Part shown: one piece after another, positions 36,602-45,988 of the stretch
How positions within the stretch are numbered: position 1 is the first letter of the stretch
How the letters are laid out: the number at the start of each line of letters is the position of its first letter
Source: Candidatus Latescibacterota bacterium
GTDB taxonomy: Bacteria > Latescibacterota > UBA2968
DNA length: 64,000 bases
NCBI GenBank assembly: GCA_965207885.1
Contig: OZ242311.1
Coordinates: 864,001 to 928,000, forward strand
Direction of reading: 5' to 3'
The notes under the pieces: model-generated
The model's input: only the letters and a program-made list of their open reading frames with translations
What the model was told of the DNA's origin: nothing
Databases searched by the model: none
Translations under genes and position numbers: made by a program

Positions 36602-37045
36602 ATGGCCAAGGCCAGTGTTTTTGTCAGTTCAGTGCTCGACGCTTCAGTAGATGCTGTGTGGGAAAAGATTCGCGATTTTAATGCGTTGCCCGAATGGCAT
36701 CCCGCGATTGCAGATAGCCATATTGAAGGTGGTGAATCCAGCGATAGCGTGGGCTGTATTCGCAATTTTAATTTGCATGATGGCGGTAATATTCGCGAAC
36801 AATTGCTGACGTTGAGCGATGTTACTTTTACGTGTACGTATTCTATTCTCGAGTCGCCTATGTCGGTTGAAGACTATGTGGCAACGCTGAGTTTGACGCC
36901 TGTTACGGATGGCAATCGAACGTATATTCAGTGGACTGCAGAATTTGGCTGTCCAGCAGATGAAGAAGAGGAACTGGTCGATTTTATCGGCAATGGCGTT
37001 TTTCAAGGCGGTTTTGATTCGCTCAAGGGTATTCTCGCGGGATAG
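36602..37045 (+). CDS. SRPBCC family protein (polyketide cyclase/MxaD-like)
   Basis: VWEKIRDFNALPEWHP...VGCIRNF...IREQL. AAGGAGG RBS. Confidence 0.88.
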   Translation: MAKASVFVSSVLDASVDAVWEKIRDFNALPEWHPAIADSHIEGGESSDSVGCIRNFNLHDGGNIREQLLTLSDVTFTCTYSILESPMSVEDYVATLSLTPVTDGNRTYIQWTAEFGCPADEEEELVDFIGNGVFQGGFDSLKGILAG

Positions 37046-37047
37046 AT

Positions 37048-37836
37048 TTACATAGATCCTTTGAGGGCCATCATATCTACGGGGTCGGGGCTTTCGAATA
37101 CCGAGGCGGGTAATGTATCAAAGACGGCAATATCCGTATGCTTGCGTTCGCCTCTGCGCGTTGATCCGCGTCCGTCGGGGAGCAGAATGTTGCCGTGTTT
37201 TGTCCAGTTTGTCCACGGGCTGCGGAATCGCGGTTCTGCGTTCGATGCGTTGCGATAAAATGCCCATTCTGTGACCAGGTTGTGTTCTTTATCTATCCAT
37301 ACGTCGTATTTGTTTTGCGGCGTGACGCCGGTGTTTTGAAAGGTGAGGGTCAATTTGTGCGCGGGTCGGTCGTTCAGGGTTTTGTCTTCGCCGCTGTATT
37401 TTAAGGTGACGCCCGTGTCTTTCAATTTATAGGGCATGACGAGCCAGTAAGAGTCGTTGATCCACCGCCTGTAACCCTGATTCATGTATTTTTTTACTGA
37501 GTCGGGGTTTGTTTGCTCTGTTCCGCCGAACCACACGCGGCCTTTTTTGGTGTTTATGTTCGTCAAGATGAGCATGTCCCCGTCTTCATGCCGCAGGTTG
37601 CCCGTCCATTTGTCCCATACGTGCATGCGCCGTCCAAAGAAACGCCATGTGATGTATCGGGTCTGATTCCAATTTTCCCATCCGCCCATTTTTTCCATGA
37701 CTGCATCGGCAATTTCAATTGCTTTTGCATCTGATTCTGACTGGTTGAATCCTTCGGCTGGGGGATTGGTTTCCGCCATGGCTTTTGAGGCGGGCAGGGT
37801 CAACAATAACGCGAGAATCGTCAGTCGAGTAATCAT
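37048..37836 (-). CDS. Secreted hypothetical protein (MGG..NW / WINDSYWL family)
   Basis: AAGGAG RBS before MITRL, signal peptide, conserved-looking WINDSYWLVMPYKLKD.GV.L and GVTPQNKY. Confidence 0.75.
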   Translation of the reverse strand: MITRLTILALLLTLPASKAMAETNPPAEGFNQSESDAKAIEIADAVMEKMGGWENWNQTRYITWRFFGRRMHVWDKWTGNLRHEDGDMLILTNINTKKGRVWFGGTEQTNPDSVKKYMNQGYRRWINDSYWLVMPYKLKDTGVTLKYSGEDKTLNDRPAHKLTLTFQNTGVTPQNKYDVWIDKEHNLVTEWAFYRNASNAEPRFRSPWTNWTKHGNILLPDGRGSTRRGERKHTDIAVFDTLPASVFESPDPVDMMALKGSM

Positions 37837-37971
37837 ATATTCTCCTTGTACAATAGGTGTGGCGATTATTTCCGCTTGCTTGCGATTTGGATTACGTTCT
37901 ATATTGCGAACCCGTAATGTACGCAACGAGGTACGATTGCGCCAGTAGTTAAACGAAAGGATACAAAAAAT

Positions 37972-39429
37972 ATGGCAGATTCGTCAAAGCGCCCCAATAT
38001 TGTTGTTATGTACGCGGATGATCTCGGTTTTGGAGATGTGAGTTGTTACGGTGCCACGGCACTCGATACGCCCAATATTGATCGTTTGGCTTCTGAGGGT
38101 GTGATATTTTATCAGGGGTATGCTACGGCGGCGACGTGTACGCCTTCGCGCTATAGTCTGCTTACGGGTTCTTATTCCTGGCGCAATGAACGCGCGCATA
38201 TTTTGCCCGGCGATGCGCCGCTTATTATAGATCCAGGCACTGCTACGTTGCCTGCTGTTCTCAAGGAGGCGGGTTATACAACGGGTGTTGTTGGGAAATG
38301 GCATCTGGGTATTGGCGAGGGGAATCAGAATTGGAATGAGCCGCTTCCGCTGACGCCTCTGGATATTGGTTTTGACTATTCTTATATCATGGCTGCGACC
38401 AATGATCGCGTGCCGTGTGTGTATCTGGATGGCAGAGATGTGGTGGGTCTCGATCCGTCTGACCCGATTGAGGTGGAGTACGATAAGAATAAGCCGTTTC
38501 CAGATTTGCCGACCGGGAAAGACAATCCCGAGTTGCTGAAAATGATGTTCCACCACGGGCACGATATGAGTATTGTCAATGGCGTGAGCCGGATCGGGTA
38601 TATGAGAGGGGGCGAGGCAGCACTTTGGGTGGATGAAGATATGGCGGATGTGTTTTTGGATAAGGCTGTTTCATTTGTGGAGACGAATAAGGATAATCCC
38701 TTTTTTCTGTATTACGCTTTTCACCAGCCCCATGTTCCGCGGTTGCCGCATCCCAGATTTGTGGGGAGTACTGGATTGGGTCCGCGCGGCGATGCGATTG
38801 CCGAGATGGATTGGTGTGTTGGCGAGATGCTCGATGCGCTCGATCTGTGTGGTTTAAAAGAAGATACGATTGTGGTTTTTTCGAGTGATAACGGTCCGGT
38901 GTTGAATGATGGTTATTACGACGAGGCGGTTGAGTTGTGCGGCGATCATAGGCCAGCAGGTCCGTTGCGCGGGGGAAAATACAGTATGTACGATGGGGGT
39001 ACTCGCGTGCCTTTTATTGTTTCCTGGCCCGGTAATGTGGAGACCGGGGAGTCTGATGCGCTGGTCAGTCAGGTCGATTTTCTCGCGTCTTTTGCTGCGC
39101 TTGCGGGTGTGTCGCTGGATGCGGATGCGGGTCCCGATAGTGTGGATGTTCTCGATGCCCTGCTGGGGCAAAGCGATGAGGGCCGCGCGGAGATTGTTCT
39201 GGAGGGAATTCAGGCAAAGACTATTTTGCGGCAGGGGGATTGGGTGTTTATTCCGCCTCATCAGGGTCCGCCTGTGAATACCAATGTGAATATTGAGACT
39301 GGTAATAGTCCTGTTCCGCAACTTTACTATCTTGCGGACGATATCGGGCAGATTGAAAATGTGGCGTCGGTCTATCCCGATGTTGCCGAGCGGATGGCGG
39401 ATCGATTGCGAGAGATCAGATCAGGATAA
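37972..39429 (+). CDS. Arylsulfatase (formylglycine-dependent, S1)
   Basis: PNIV..ADDLG, CTPSR..LLTG, GKWHLG, SSDNG. Confidence 0.95.
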   Translation: MADSSKRPNIVVMYADDLGFGDVSCYGATALDTPNIDRLASEGVIFYQGYATAATCTPSRYSLLTGSYSWRNERAHILPGDAPLIIDPGTATLPAVLKEAGYTTGVVGKWHLGIGEGNQNWNEPLPLTPLDIGFDYSYIMAATNDRVPCVYLDGRDVVGLDPSDPIEVEYDKNKPFPDLPTGKDNPELLKMMFHHGHDMSIVNGVSRIGYMRGGEAALWVDEDMADVFLDKAVSFVETNKDNPFFLYYAFHQPHVPRLPHPRFVGSTGLGPRGDAIAEMDWCVGEMLDALDLCGLKEDTIVVFSSDNGPVLNDGYYDEAVELCGDHRPAGPLRGGKYSMYDGGTRVPFIVSWPGNVETGESDALVSQVDFLASFAALAGVSLDADAGPDSVDVLDALLGQSDEGRAEIVLEGIQAKTILRQGDWVFIPPHQGPPVNTNVNIETGNSPVPQLYYLADDIGQIENVASVYPDVAERMADRLREIRSG

Positions 39430-39532
39430 TCAGAGCCTGCACTGGAACGCCTCTATCCAGTGATTAAAGGATGAGCAGGATGGTGATTGCGGAAAAAAGG
39501 CTGTCTATATCAATCAACTCTATCAAAAGAGC

Positions 39533-39577
39533 CGTCATCGCGGTATGGTTTTGAGCCGCGATCCAGAAGGTTTTTGT
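39533..39577 (+). repeat. CGTC-tagged palindromic repeat (copy 1)
   Basis: CGTCA-TCGCGGT-atggttttga-GCCGCGA-TCCAGaaggtttttgt. Confidence 0.8.
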
Positions 39578-39602
39578 CATTACAGTCATTCGAAAGCGAA
39601 AT

Positions 39603-40382
39603 ATGAATAATTTGCGTAATGAATACGATCAAAATGGCTATGTTATCGCGCGTAAGGCGATTGATGCGGGTCTTGCAGAGGAGACGGTGCAACACGTCCA
39701 CTGGCTTATCGAGCGGAATCCCGGTGTGCGTCCAGAGCGTTTGCATCACCATTTGCTCGCCCGCGATCCTTTTATGCACCGGCTCGTGGGTGATGAGCGT
39801 CTGGTAGATATTGCGGAGCAATTTCTCGGTCCCGATGTCGCGATGTTTGCCGCGCATTATATCGCCAAGCCCCCGGGTGATGGTCAGGCTGTGCAGTGGC
39901 ATCAAGATGGGTCTTACTGGCCCCTTGAGCCGATGGAAGTGACGACTTTGTGGGTTGCGGGGACGCCTTCGACGGTTGAGAATGGCTGTATGCGGGTGTT
40001 GCCGAGGACGCATAACAAGCATTTGCTCAAGCGCCGCGATCTCATTGCTCTGGATCAAAAAAAATACGTGCTCGGCGTGGGGATTCATCCCGATCAGATT
40101 GACGATTCCGATGCGGTTGACCTGGAGCTCAACGCGGGCGATGTTTCGATCCACAATCCGAATATTATCCACGGTTCCAATGCCAATACTTCGGATCAGT
40201 GGCGCGTTGGGCTTACGTTGCGGTATATTCCGACGAGTACATGGGTGAATAGAGAAGATCACGAGAATATTCTCGTGCGCGGCAAAGCTTCTCCGGATGT
40301 TGCGAATGTGTATGCGGGGCGCCCGCGATATGTTCCGGGTGAGACTATGCCGTTTAAGGGCTGTGAGGAATGGAAGCAATAG
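39603..40382 (+). CDS. Phytanoyl-CoA dioxygenase (PhyH) family protein
   Basis: WHQDGSYW, ENGCM, IHGSNAN, R. Confidence 0.92.
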   Translation: MNNLRNEYDQNGYVIARKAIDAGLAEETVQHVHWLIERNPGVRPERLHHHLLARDPFMHRLVGDERLVDIAEQFLGPDVAMFAAHYIAKPPGDGQAVQWHQDGSYWPLEPMEVTTLWVAGTPSTVENGCMRVLPRTHNKHLLKRRDLIALDQKKYVLGVGIHPDQIDDSDAVDLELNAGDVSIHNPNIIHGSNANTSDQWRVGLTLRYIPTSTWVNREDHENILVRGKASPDVANVYAGRPRYVPGETMPFKGCEEWKQ

Positions 40383-40391
40383 GAGATAATC

Positions 40392-41240
40392 ATGGGCGGT
40401 TTGACTGGTGAGCAGGTTGCTTTTTACAAGGATGAAGGGTATTTGTTGATAGATGAATGTTTGCCCCCAGGGGCGTATCAGCCGCTTGTGGATGAGTTTG
40501 ATGCGGTGATTGGACAGAAGGCGAGAGAGGCTTTTGCCCTGGGTCAATTGGCGTGTCTTTTTGAAGATGCGCCTTTTGAGCGTCGATTGGCGCATTTGTG
40601 CGAGGCTTTGGGGACGGATAAGCGTTTTGCAGGTGATATTTTGGGCAAGGTTCACAAGACTGCGGGTTTGTTTTTTTTGCTGACACATCCGGCTATTCTG
40701 GATGTGGTGGAGTCGATTATTGGGCCGGAAATTCTGGTGCATCCGCAGTTTAATATTCGCGCAAAGATGCCCGGTGAGGAAGAGGTGTTGTGGCACCAGG
40801 ATATCGCGTTTCTGGATCCGGAGGTGGAGGGGACGTTTATGGTCAATTTCTGGGTGCCACTGGTGGATACGGATGTGGAGAATGGCTGTCTGGAGATTTT
40901 GGCGGGGAGTCATAAGCACGGTATTATTCCACACGATCCGGCGGATTCGGAGAAGGAGATTCCCGAGGATCGGCTGCCGCCGGGCGATCGCGTTTTGTCC
41001 GTGCTGCCAGCCGGGGGTGCCGCGTTGATTCAGCACAAGACAATACATCGCTCGTTTCCCAATGCGTCCGATCACATTCGCTGGAGTCTGGATATTCGAT
41101 ATAGCGATTACAGGTTGCCGACCGGGCGCGAGGATGTGCCCGGCTTTGTTGCGAGAAGTGAGATAGACCCGGATCGGGTGGCAAGCGGTCATGAGGATTG
41201 GCTGCGGTTGATGGAGGAGGCTGGTCATCTAATTTCTTAA
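40392..41240 (+). CDS. PhyH family dioxygenase
   Basis: WHQD, ENGCL...GSH, IHRS.N..RWS.DIRY. Confidence 0.92.
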   Translation: MGGLTGEQVAFYKDEGYLLIDECLPPGAYQPLVDEFDAVIGQKAREAFALGQLACLFEDAPFERRLAHLCEALGTDKRFAGDILGKVHKTAGLFFLLTHPAILDVVESIIGPEILVHPQFNIRAKMPGEEEVLWHQDIAFLDPEVEGTFMVNFWVPLVDTDVENGCLEILAGSHKHGIIPHDPADSEKEIPEDRLPPGDRVLSVLPAGGAALIQHKTIHRSFPNASDHIRWSLDIRYSDYRLPTGREDVPGFVARSEIDPDRVASGHEDWLRLMEEAGHLIS

Positions 41241-41256
41241 TTGTGAAAGATATGCT

Positions 41257-42582
41257 ATGGGATGGATACGTTGTATCGCGGTGCTGCTCATCTGGTCGCA
41301 TGCGGGTGGCATAGGAGCGCAGGATTTGCCTTTGACGAGTACGGGCAACCTGCGTTTTTTTGTCGATTTGTCGGCTTTTCGAGGTCCTGAGGGATATACG
41401 CGTCAGGAGGTGGCACTGTTGCTGGATGCGAGTCAGCTTCAACTGAGGGAACAGGCGGGTGAGTCCGTTGGGAAGATTTCTCTGGTTGCTGTGGTGCTGG
41501 ATACGCTGGATAATCGGGTGGCGCATCGGACATGGGTTCAGCAGGTTGCTGTTCCGGAGCTGGATGTGGGGATTGGGGCACCGTTTAAGGATGCTGTTTT
41601 CTTTGATTTGAAGCCGGGTGCTTATCGGCTGATTGTGCAGATTAAGGATATCCACGCGGAGGAGAGTGGGCGTTGTACTGTGCCGCTTCAGATACCGGAT
41701 TACGAGCGTCGTGCGGGGCTGGTGTTTAGCGATTTGCAATTGGCTTCTCATGTGGCGCGAAGCGGGGAAGTCCATCGGTTTGTCAAGCAGGGCTGGAAGG
41801 TCGTGCCGAATATTACCCGAAATTATGTTATCGGAGAGCCGCTGCAGATTTATTTTGAGGTGTATAATCTGTCGTCGTCGGGCGAGAGTTTTATTATGGG
41901 GTACCGTCTGATTGATGCGGAGGGGATGGTTGTGCGTACTTATCCGGCAAAGCGGTTCTTAAAGCCTGGGGAGAGTTGTGTGAGGGCAGAGGTTCTGGAT
42001 ACAGAGGGTTTGCGGGAGGGGACTTATGATCTTCAGGTGGAGGCGTTTGATGGGAGTAGTCGGCAGTATTTTCAGACGAGACGGCCCATTTTTCTGATTT
42101 CAAAAGATTTGCCCGAGGGGCTTACTCAGGTACAGAGGGATTTGATCGGGTATTATGCAGATATCCGGTATATCGCCGATGAGAAGACGCGGCGGACTTA
42201 TGACGCGCTGGAGAGCTGGCCCGCCAGGCTGGCGTTTTTGAAGGTGTTTTGGAAGCAGTTGGACGATGTGCTGGATACGCCGACTAATGAGCGTCTGTTG
42301 CAGCATTTGATGCGTATGCATTATGTAGAGACGCATTTTGGGGCTGGCGTAAGGGGATCGGATACGGACCGGGGACGGGTTTATATTCAGTATGGGCCGC
42401 CCGATGATATTGATTACCGGACTTCTGCGGCGGGTCAGAAACCGTCTGAGGTCTGGTTTTACGAGACCGCGCGGCGCTACGAATTTGTGTTTAGAGATCG
42501 TCGAGGTACGGGGGTTTACGAGTTGGTTCATTCCTCTTATCCGGGGGAGATGTCCAATCCGTACTGGTGGCGGGAGTTTTAG
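41257..42582 (+). CDS. GWxTD-domain protein, secreted (variant motif)
   Basis: Signal peptide. FWKQLD...TPTNE and GSDTDRGRVYIQYGPP...EVWFY...FVF.D. Confidence 0.85.
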   Translation: MGWIRCIAVLLIWSHAGGIGAQDLPLTSTGNLRFFVDLSAFRGPEGYTRQEVALLLDASQLQLREQAGESVGKISLVAVVLDTLDNRVAHRTWVQQVAVPELDVGIGAPFKDAVFFDLKPGAYRLIVQIKDIHAEESGRCTVPLQIPDYERRAGLVFSDLQLASHVARSGEVHRFVKQGWKVVPNITRNYVIGEPLQIYFEVYNLSSSGESFIMGYRLIDAEGMVVRTYPAKRFLKPGESCVRAEVLDTEGLREGTYDLQVEAFDGSSRQYFQTRRPIFLISKDLPEGLTQVQRDLIGYYADIRYIADEKTRRTYDALESWPARLAFLKVFWKQLDDVLDTPTNERLLQHLMRMHYVETHFGAGVRGSDTDRGRVYIQYGPPDDIDYRTSAAGQKPSEVWFYETARRYEFVFRDRRGTGVYELVHSSYPGEMSNPYWWREF

Positions 42583-42583
42583 T

Positions 42584-43366
42584 TTACAATCTCGATGGCA
42601 AGTTGGGTGGGGGTTCGCCGACTGTGGATTTGCCATTGCGGAGGAAGGGTTCGGCGTTGCCCCAGAGTTTGCTGCCGTCGGAGGATAGGATGGGTTCGCA
42701 GGAGTATTGGCCCAGGTACGCGCGGCGCAGTTTTGGGGTGGTGTTGGTGCTGCTGCTGTGGAAGACGATGCTGGAGAAGGCGACGATGCTGCCTGCGGGT
42801 ACTTCTGCAATGAGGCCGGGGTCACTGCCAAAGTAGCCGACCTTGTCGTTGCTGCCTTCTTCGACGATGTGATGCACCCATGAGCGAATGCCGCTGCGCG
42901 AATAGGGCAGGAGATGGACAGTGCCGTTTTCTTCGTTCATGTCGTCGAGCGCACACCAGCAGGTGAGGTACGGTTTGTGGTCGGGATAACCGACATAGCC
43001 GGAGTCCTGATGCCACGAGAATTTCATGCCGGTTTCTGCGCCTTTGACGACGTATTGTTCCCAGAAGAGGTACGCGTTTTCGCCGAGGGTGGCTCGGCAT
43101 ATTTCGGCCATGAGGTCGCTGAAGAGGAAGGCGCGGAGTTTGGGTTGCTGGCGAAAGCAGTTGGAGACGAAGTAGCGTTTGTTGCGGTGGTTGATGCCGA
43201 TGGTGTCCGTGCCCTGCTCGTCCATGCGCGCGTGCATGGTGTCGATGAAGGTCTGGCATTCGTCGCGCAGGAGTTCGAGGTGGTGATCGGGTATGACGGC
43301 TTCGAGGATGAAATAGCCCTCGTCTCGGTATTGTTGTTTTTGCGCTTCGGTGATGGTGATGGACAT
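42584..43366 (-). CDS. PhyH family dioxygenase
   Basis: WHQDSGY, WCALDD..EENG, FHSS..N..RR. Start MSITITEAQ. Confidence 0.92.
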   Translation of the reverse strand: MSITITEAQKQQYRDEGYFILEAVIPDHHLELLRDECQTFIDTMHARMDEQGTDTIGINHRNKRYFVSNCFRQQPKLRAFLFSDLMAEICRATLGENAYLFWEQYVVKGAETGMKFSWHQDSGYVGYPDHKPYLTCWCALDDMNEENGTVHLLPYSRSGIRSWVHHIVEEGSNDKVGYFGSDPGLIAEVPAGSIVAFSSIVFHSSSTNTTPKLRRAYLGQYSCEPILSSDGSKLWGNAEPFLRNGKSTVGEPPPNLPSRL

Positions 43367-43374
43367 GGCGAATT

Positions 43375-44145
43375 TTATGATAGGACGTCGCGGATACCGG
43401 GCCATTCGCGCCAGATGTTCGTGTAGGCGTCTTTGCCGATTTCGTCGGTGTCTTTGTGCTTGAGGCGGGTGATGGTGGCGAGGCGCACATTGGGCGATGC
43501 GTTGAGACAGGCTCCGTGGACGACCTGATGATGCGCGAGGATGAGGTCGCCAGCGTTGCCGGTGATCATTATGGGGTCTTTGGGCAGGTTGGGCCGGGGC
43601 ATGCCGTTGGCGAGTACTTCGTGGCCGTGTTCTGTGAAGTAGGAGGCAAAGAAGCGATGGGATTGGGGCCAGACGGTGAAGTTGCCGCTGTAGGGTTCGG
43701 GTACATCGACGAGATAGACGACGGCGAAGGCGGTGAATGAGCGTTTGTAATCGCCTTTGGCCGTGCCGTTGGTGCCGCTGCCAATGCCGTCGATGTGGCC
43801 GCGCGGTGGCGATGGTTCTTGTCCGAGGGGGAGGGGAAAGCGCGGATAGGTTTTGGCGCGTTCAACGGGGAGGACATTGCCTTTGCCCATGAGAGATTCG
43901 GCGATTTGCATGACCGGGGTTTTGTTGTACATGTCGAGGATGAAGGGTGCGTCGAGGAGTTCGGCGCAAAAAAATCCCGATCGGTGTCTGGAGAGGTCTT
44001 CGCCGCCAATGCCCACGTTGCCGATGGAGTGGTTGACGGCGCGGAGAGACGTTTCGATCATGTTTTTGGGGACAGCCCCCGGGATTTTGAGGTAGCCCTC
44101 TTCGGCGAATTGGCGTTTTTGTGCGTCAGTAATGGTCATAGACAT
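43375..44145 (-). CDS. PhyH-like dioxygenase (paralog A, 256 aa)
   Basis: HID, GNFTVWP.SH, GDL...HHQVVH, N.SP..R. Confidence 0.85.
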   Translation of the reverse strand: MSMTITDAQKRQFAEEGYLKIPGAVPKNMIETSLRAVNHSIGNVGIGGEDLSRHRSGFFCAELLDAPFILDMYNKTPVMQIAESLMGKGNVLPVERAKTYPRFPLPLGQEPSPPRGHIDGIGSGTNGTAKGDYKRSFTAFAVVYLVDVPEPYSGNFTVWPQSHRFFASYFTEHGHEVLANGMPRPNLPKDPIMITGNAGDLILAHHQVVHGACLNASPNVRLATITRLKHKDTDEIGKDAYTNIWREWPGIRDVLS

Positions 44146-44176
44146 GGTAAACCTCTTAGCTAAGGAACATGAAGGG

Positions 44177-44249
44177 CGTCATCGCGGCATGATCCCCTGC
44201 TCAACACCACGCAGGGGCATGGTTGAGCCGCGATCCAGAAGGTTTTTGT
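44177..44249 (+). repeat. CGTC-tagged palindromic repeat (copy 2) with a nested related hairpin
   Basis: CGTCATCGCGGCATGAT[CCCCTGC-tcaacaccac-GCAGGGG]CATGGTTGAGCCGCGATCCAGaaggtttttgt. Confidence 0.8.
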
Positions 44250-44263
44250 GTCTTTTTTTGACT

Positions 44264-45034
44264 TTACGCCGCTACTGCTTCGCGCACGCAGGGAAATTCG
44301 CGCCAGATGTCCTGGAAGCCTTCGTTGCCATTTTTGTCGCAGTCGATGTGGCGCAGGCGCGCGATAGCGGCGTAGCGTATGTTGGGCGAGGCATTGGGGC
44401 CACCGGTGTGGATCATCTGATGGTGTGCGATGATGAGGTCGCCGGCGTTGCCGGTGACCATGTCCGGCCCTTCGGGCAGGTCAACGCGCGGGGTGCCGTT
44501 GGAGAGTGTTTCGAGGCCCTCGCGTTTGAGGTAGTTTTCGAAGAAGCGATGAGAGCCTGGCCAGACGGTGAAGTTACCGCTGTAGGGTTCGGGTACGTCG
44601 GCGAGATAGATGACGGCGAAGGCGGTGAATCCGCGGCGGTACACGCCTTTTGGCATGCCGTTTGTGCCGGTGCCCATGCCGTCGAGATGGCCGCGCGGTT
44701 CGGGTGGGACTTCGCCGATTACTGTGGGGAAGCGCGGGGCGACTTGCGCACCTCTGATGGGTTTTTGCAAGTTGCCTTCTCCCATGAGCGATTCGGCGAT
44801 GGAGATGACCGGGCTGGCGTTGAAGAGGTTCATGATAACCGGGGCGCCATTCAAGTCGCGACAGAATTGCGCCGCGCGATGTTTGGACATGTCTTCGCCA
44901 TTTGGCCCCAGGGTGCCGATGGAGTGGTTGACGGCCTGACGCGCGGTATCGACCATGGCTTTTGATATGGCTCCGGGTATTTTGACGTAACCGCGGTCGT
45001 GAAATTCGCGTATTTGTTCGGGTGTGAGTTGCAT
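44264..45034 (-). CDS. PhyH-like dioxygenase (paralog B, 256 aa)
   Basis: HLD, GNFTVWPGSH, HHQMIH. Closely similar to paralog A. Confidence 0.85.
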   Translation of the reverse strand: MQLTPEQIREFHDRGYVKIPGAISKAMVDTARQAVNHSIGTLGPNGEDMSKHRAAQFCRDLNGAPVIMNLFNASPVISIAESLMGEGNLQKPIRGAQVAPRFPTVIGEVPPEPRGHLDGMGTGTNGMPKGVYRRGFTAFAVIYLADVPEPYSGNFTVWPGSHRFFENYLKREGLETLSNGTPRVDLPEGPDMVTGNAGDLIIAHHQMIHTGGPNASPNIRYAAIARLRHIDCDKNGNEGFQDIWREFPCVREAVAA

Positions 45035-45141
45035 GATGTGGCTCCTGCAGGTGAACGTGTGTTGTATAATTATTGCTAAATTTAAGAAGAGTAAAATTCA
45101 AAGACAACTGTTATGTGCCGTGTCCACAATGTCGAAAATGT

Positions 45142-45960
45142 TTATGTCGCAGATGCAAGGCGTTTGGTGGCTGTTTCTTTTCTTTCCACGCGTTCGTTCA
45201 TGTGTTGGGAATATTCAGGTGTGCCGCAGAAGTCGTGGATGGTGGCGCGTTTGCGGTAGGGTACGTAATTGCCGAGGTGCCAGGCGCTGGAGCGGTAGAG
45301 GGCGAAGTCGCCCGCGTTGAGGCGCAGTTGAATAGCACCGGGCATGTTGCGCGTGTAGTCGAGGCAGTCGCGTTCTTGTTGTTCGTGGGATACGGGTCTC
45401 TGATTGCGGAATTTGTCGCGGTCATAGGCGTTTTTGGCGGCGATTTCGCCGGGGAGGTTGCGCTGGCGATAGTGGCTGCCGGGTACGATCCAGGTGGAGG
45501 GGTCTTCGTATAGAGCGCAATTGATCTGGTTCTGGTAGTCAATGTGGAATGATTGCCATTGCCATTCTTCGCGGAATTCGGATTCGAATACTTCCCGGGG
45601 CATGTGATCGCGCCAGTCGCGGTGCCAGTCCGTACACCAGGGGTATTCGGCGGGTTCGAGCAGGATGCCGGTGCGGTCGAGGTCGGCGTGGTAGTGATGC
45701 GGGGTGAGGACGCGATGGATGGCGTCGTTGAGTTCTGGCAATTCACCGTAGTTTTTGAAGGGGCGCTGGTCGAGGTCGTATTTGGCGATGGGCTGGAGGC
45801 GCTGCGCCTGGGGACCAGTGACTTCGCGCGCTATTTCCCTGGCTTTGTCAGTGACGCGGCGCAGGTCTGTGAGTAGGGATGTGGGTATGATGTCCTGGAA
45901 AATGGTGTAGCCAAGGGTGTGGTAATCGGCGATGTGTTTTTCTGTGAATTGGAAGGACAT
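45142..45960 (-). CDS. PhyH-like dioxygenase
   Basis: Start MSFQFTEK, WHRD, IVPGSH, L.AGD...WHLG..R. Confidence 0.8.
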   Translation of the reverse strand: MSFQFTEKHIADYHTLGYTIFQDIIPTSLLTDLRRVTDKAREIAREVTGPQAQRLQPIAKYDLDQRPFKNYGELPELNDAIHRVLTPHHYHADLDRTGILLEPAEYPWCTDWHRDWRDHMPREVFESEFREEWQWQSFHIDYQNQINCALYEDPSTWIVPGSHYRQRNLPGEIAAKNAYDRDKFRNQRPVSHEQQERDCLDYTRNMPGAIQLRLNAGDFALYRSSAWHLGNYVPYRKRATIHDFCGTPEYSQHMNERVERKETATKRLASAT

Positions 45961-45988
45961 GATAGCACCTGTCTTTTGGTGTGGTGTT

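Noticed and set aside
39510-41228. 572-aa minus-strand ORF across two phyH genes
   Set aside because: Shadow frame. The plus-strand genes carry the clear motifs and RBSs.
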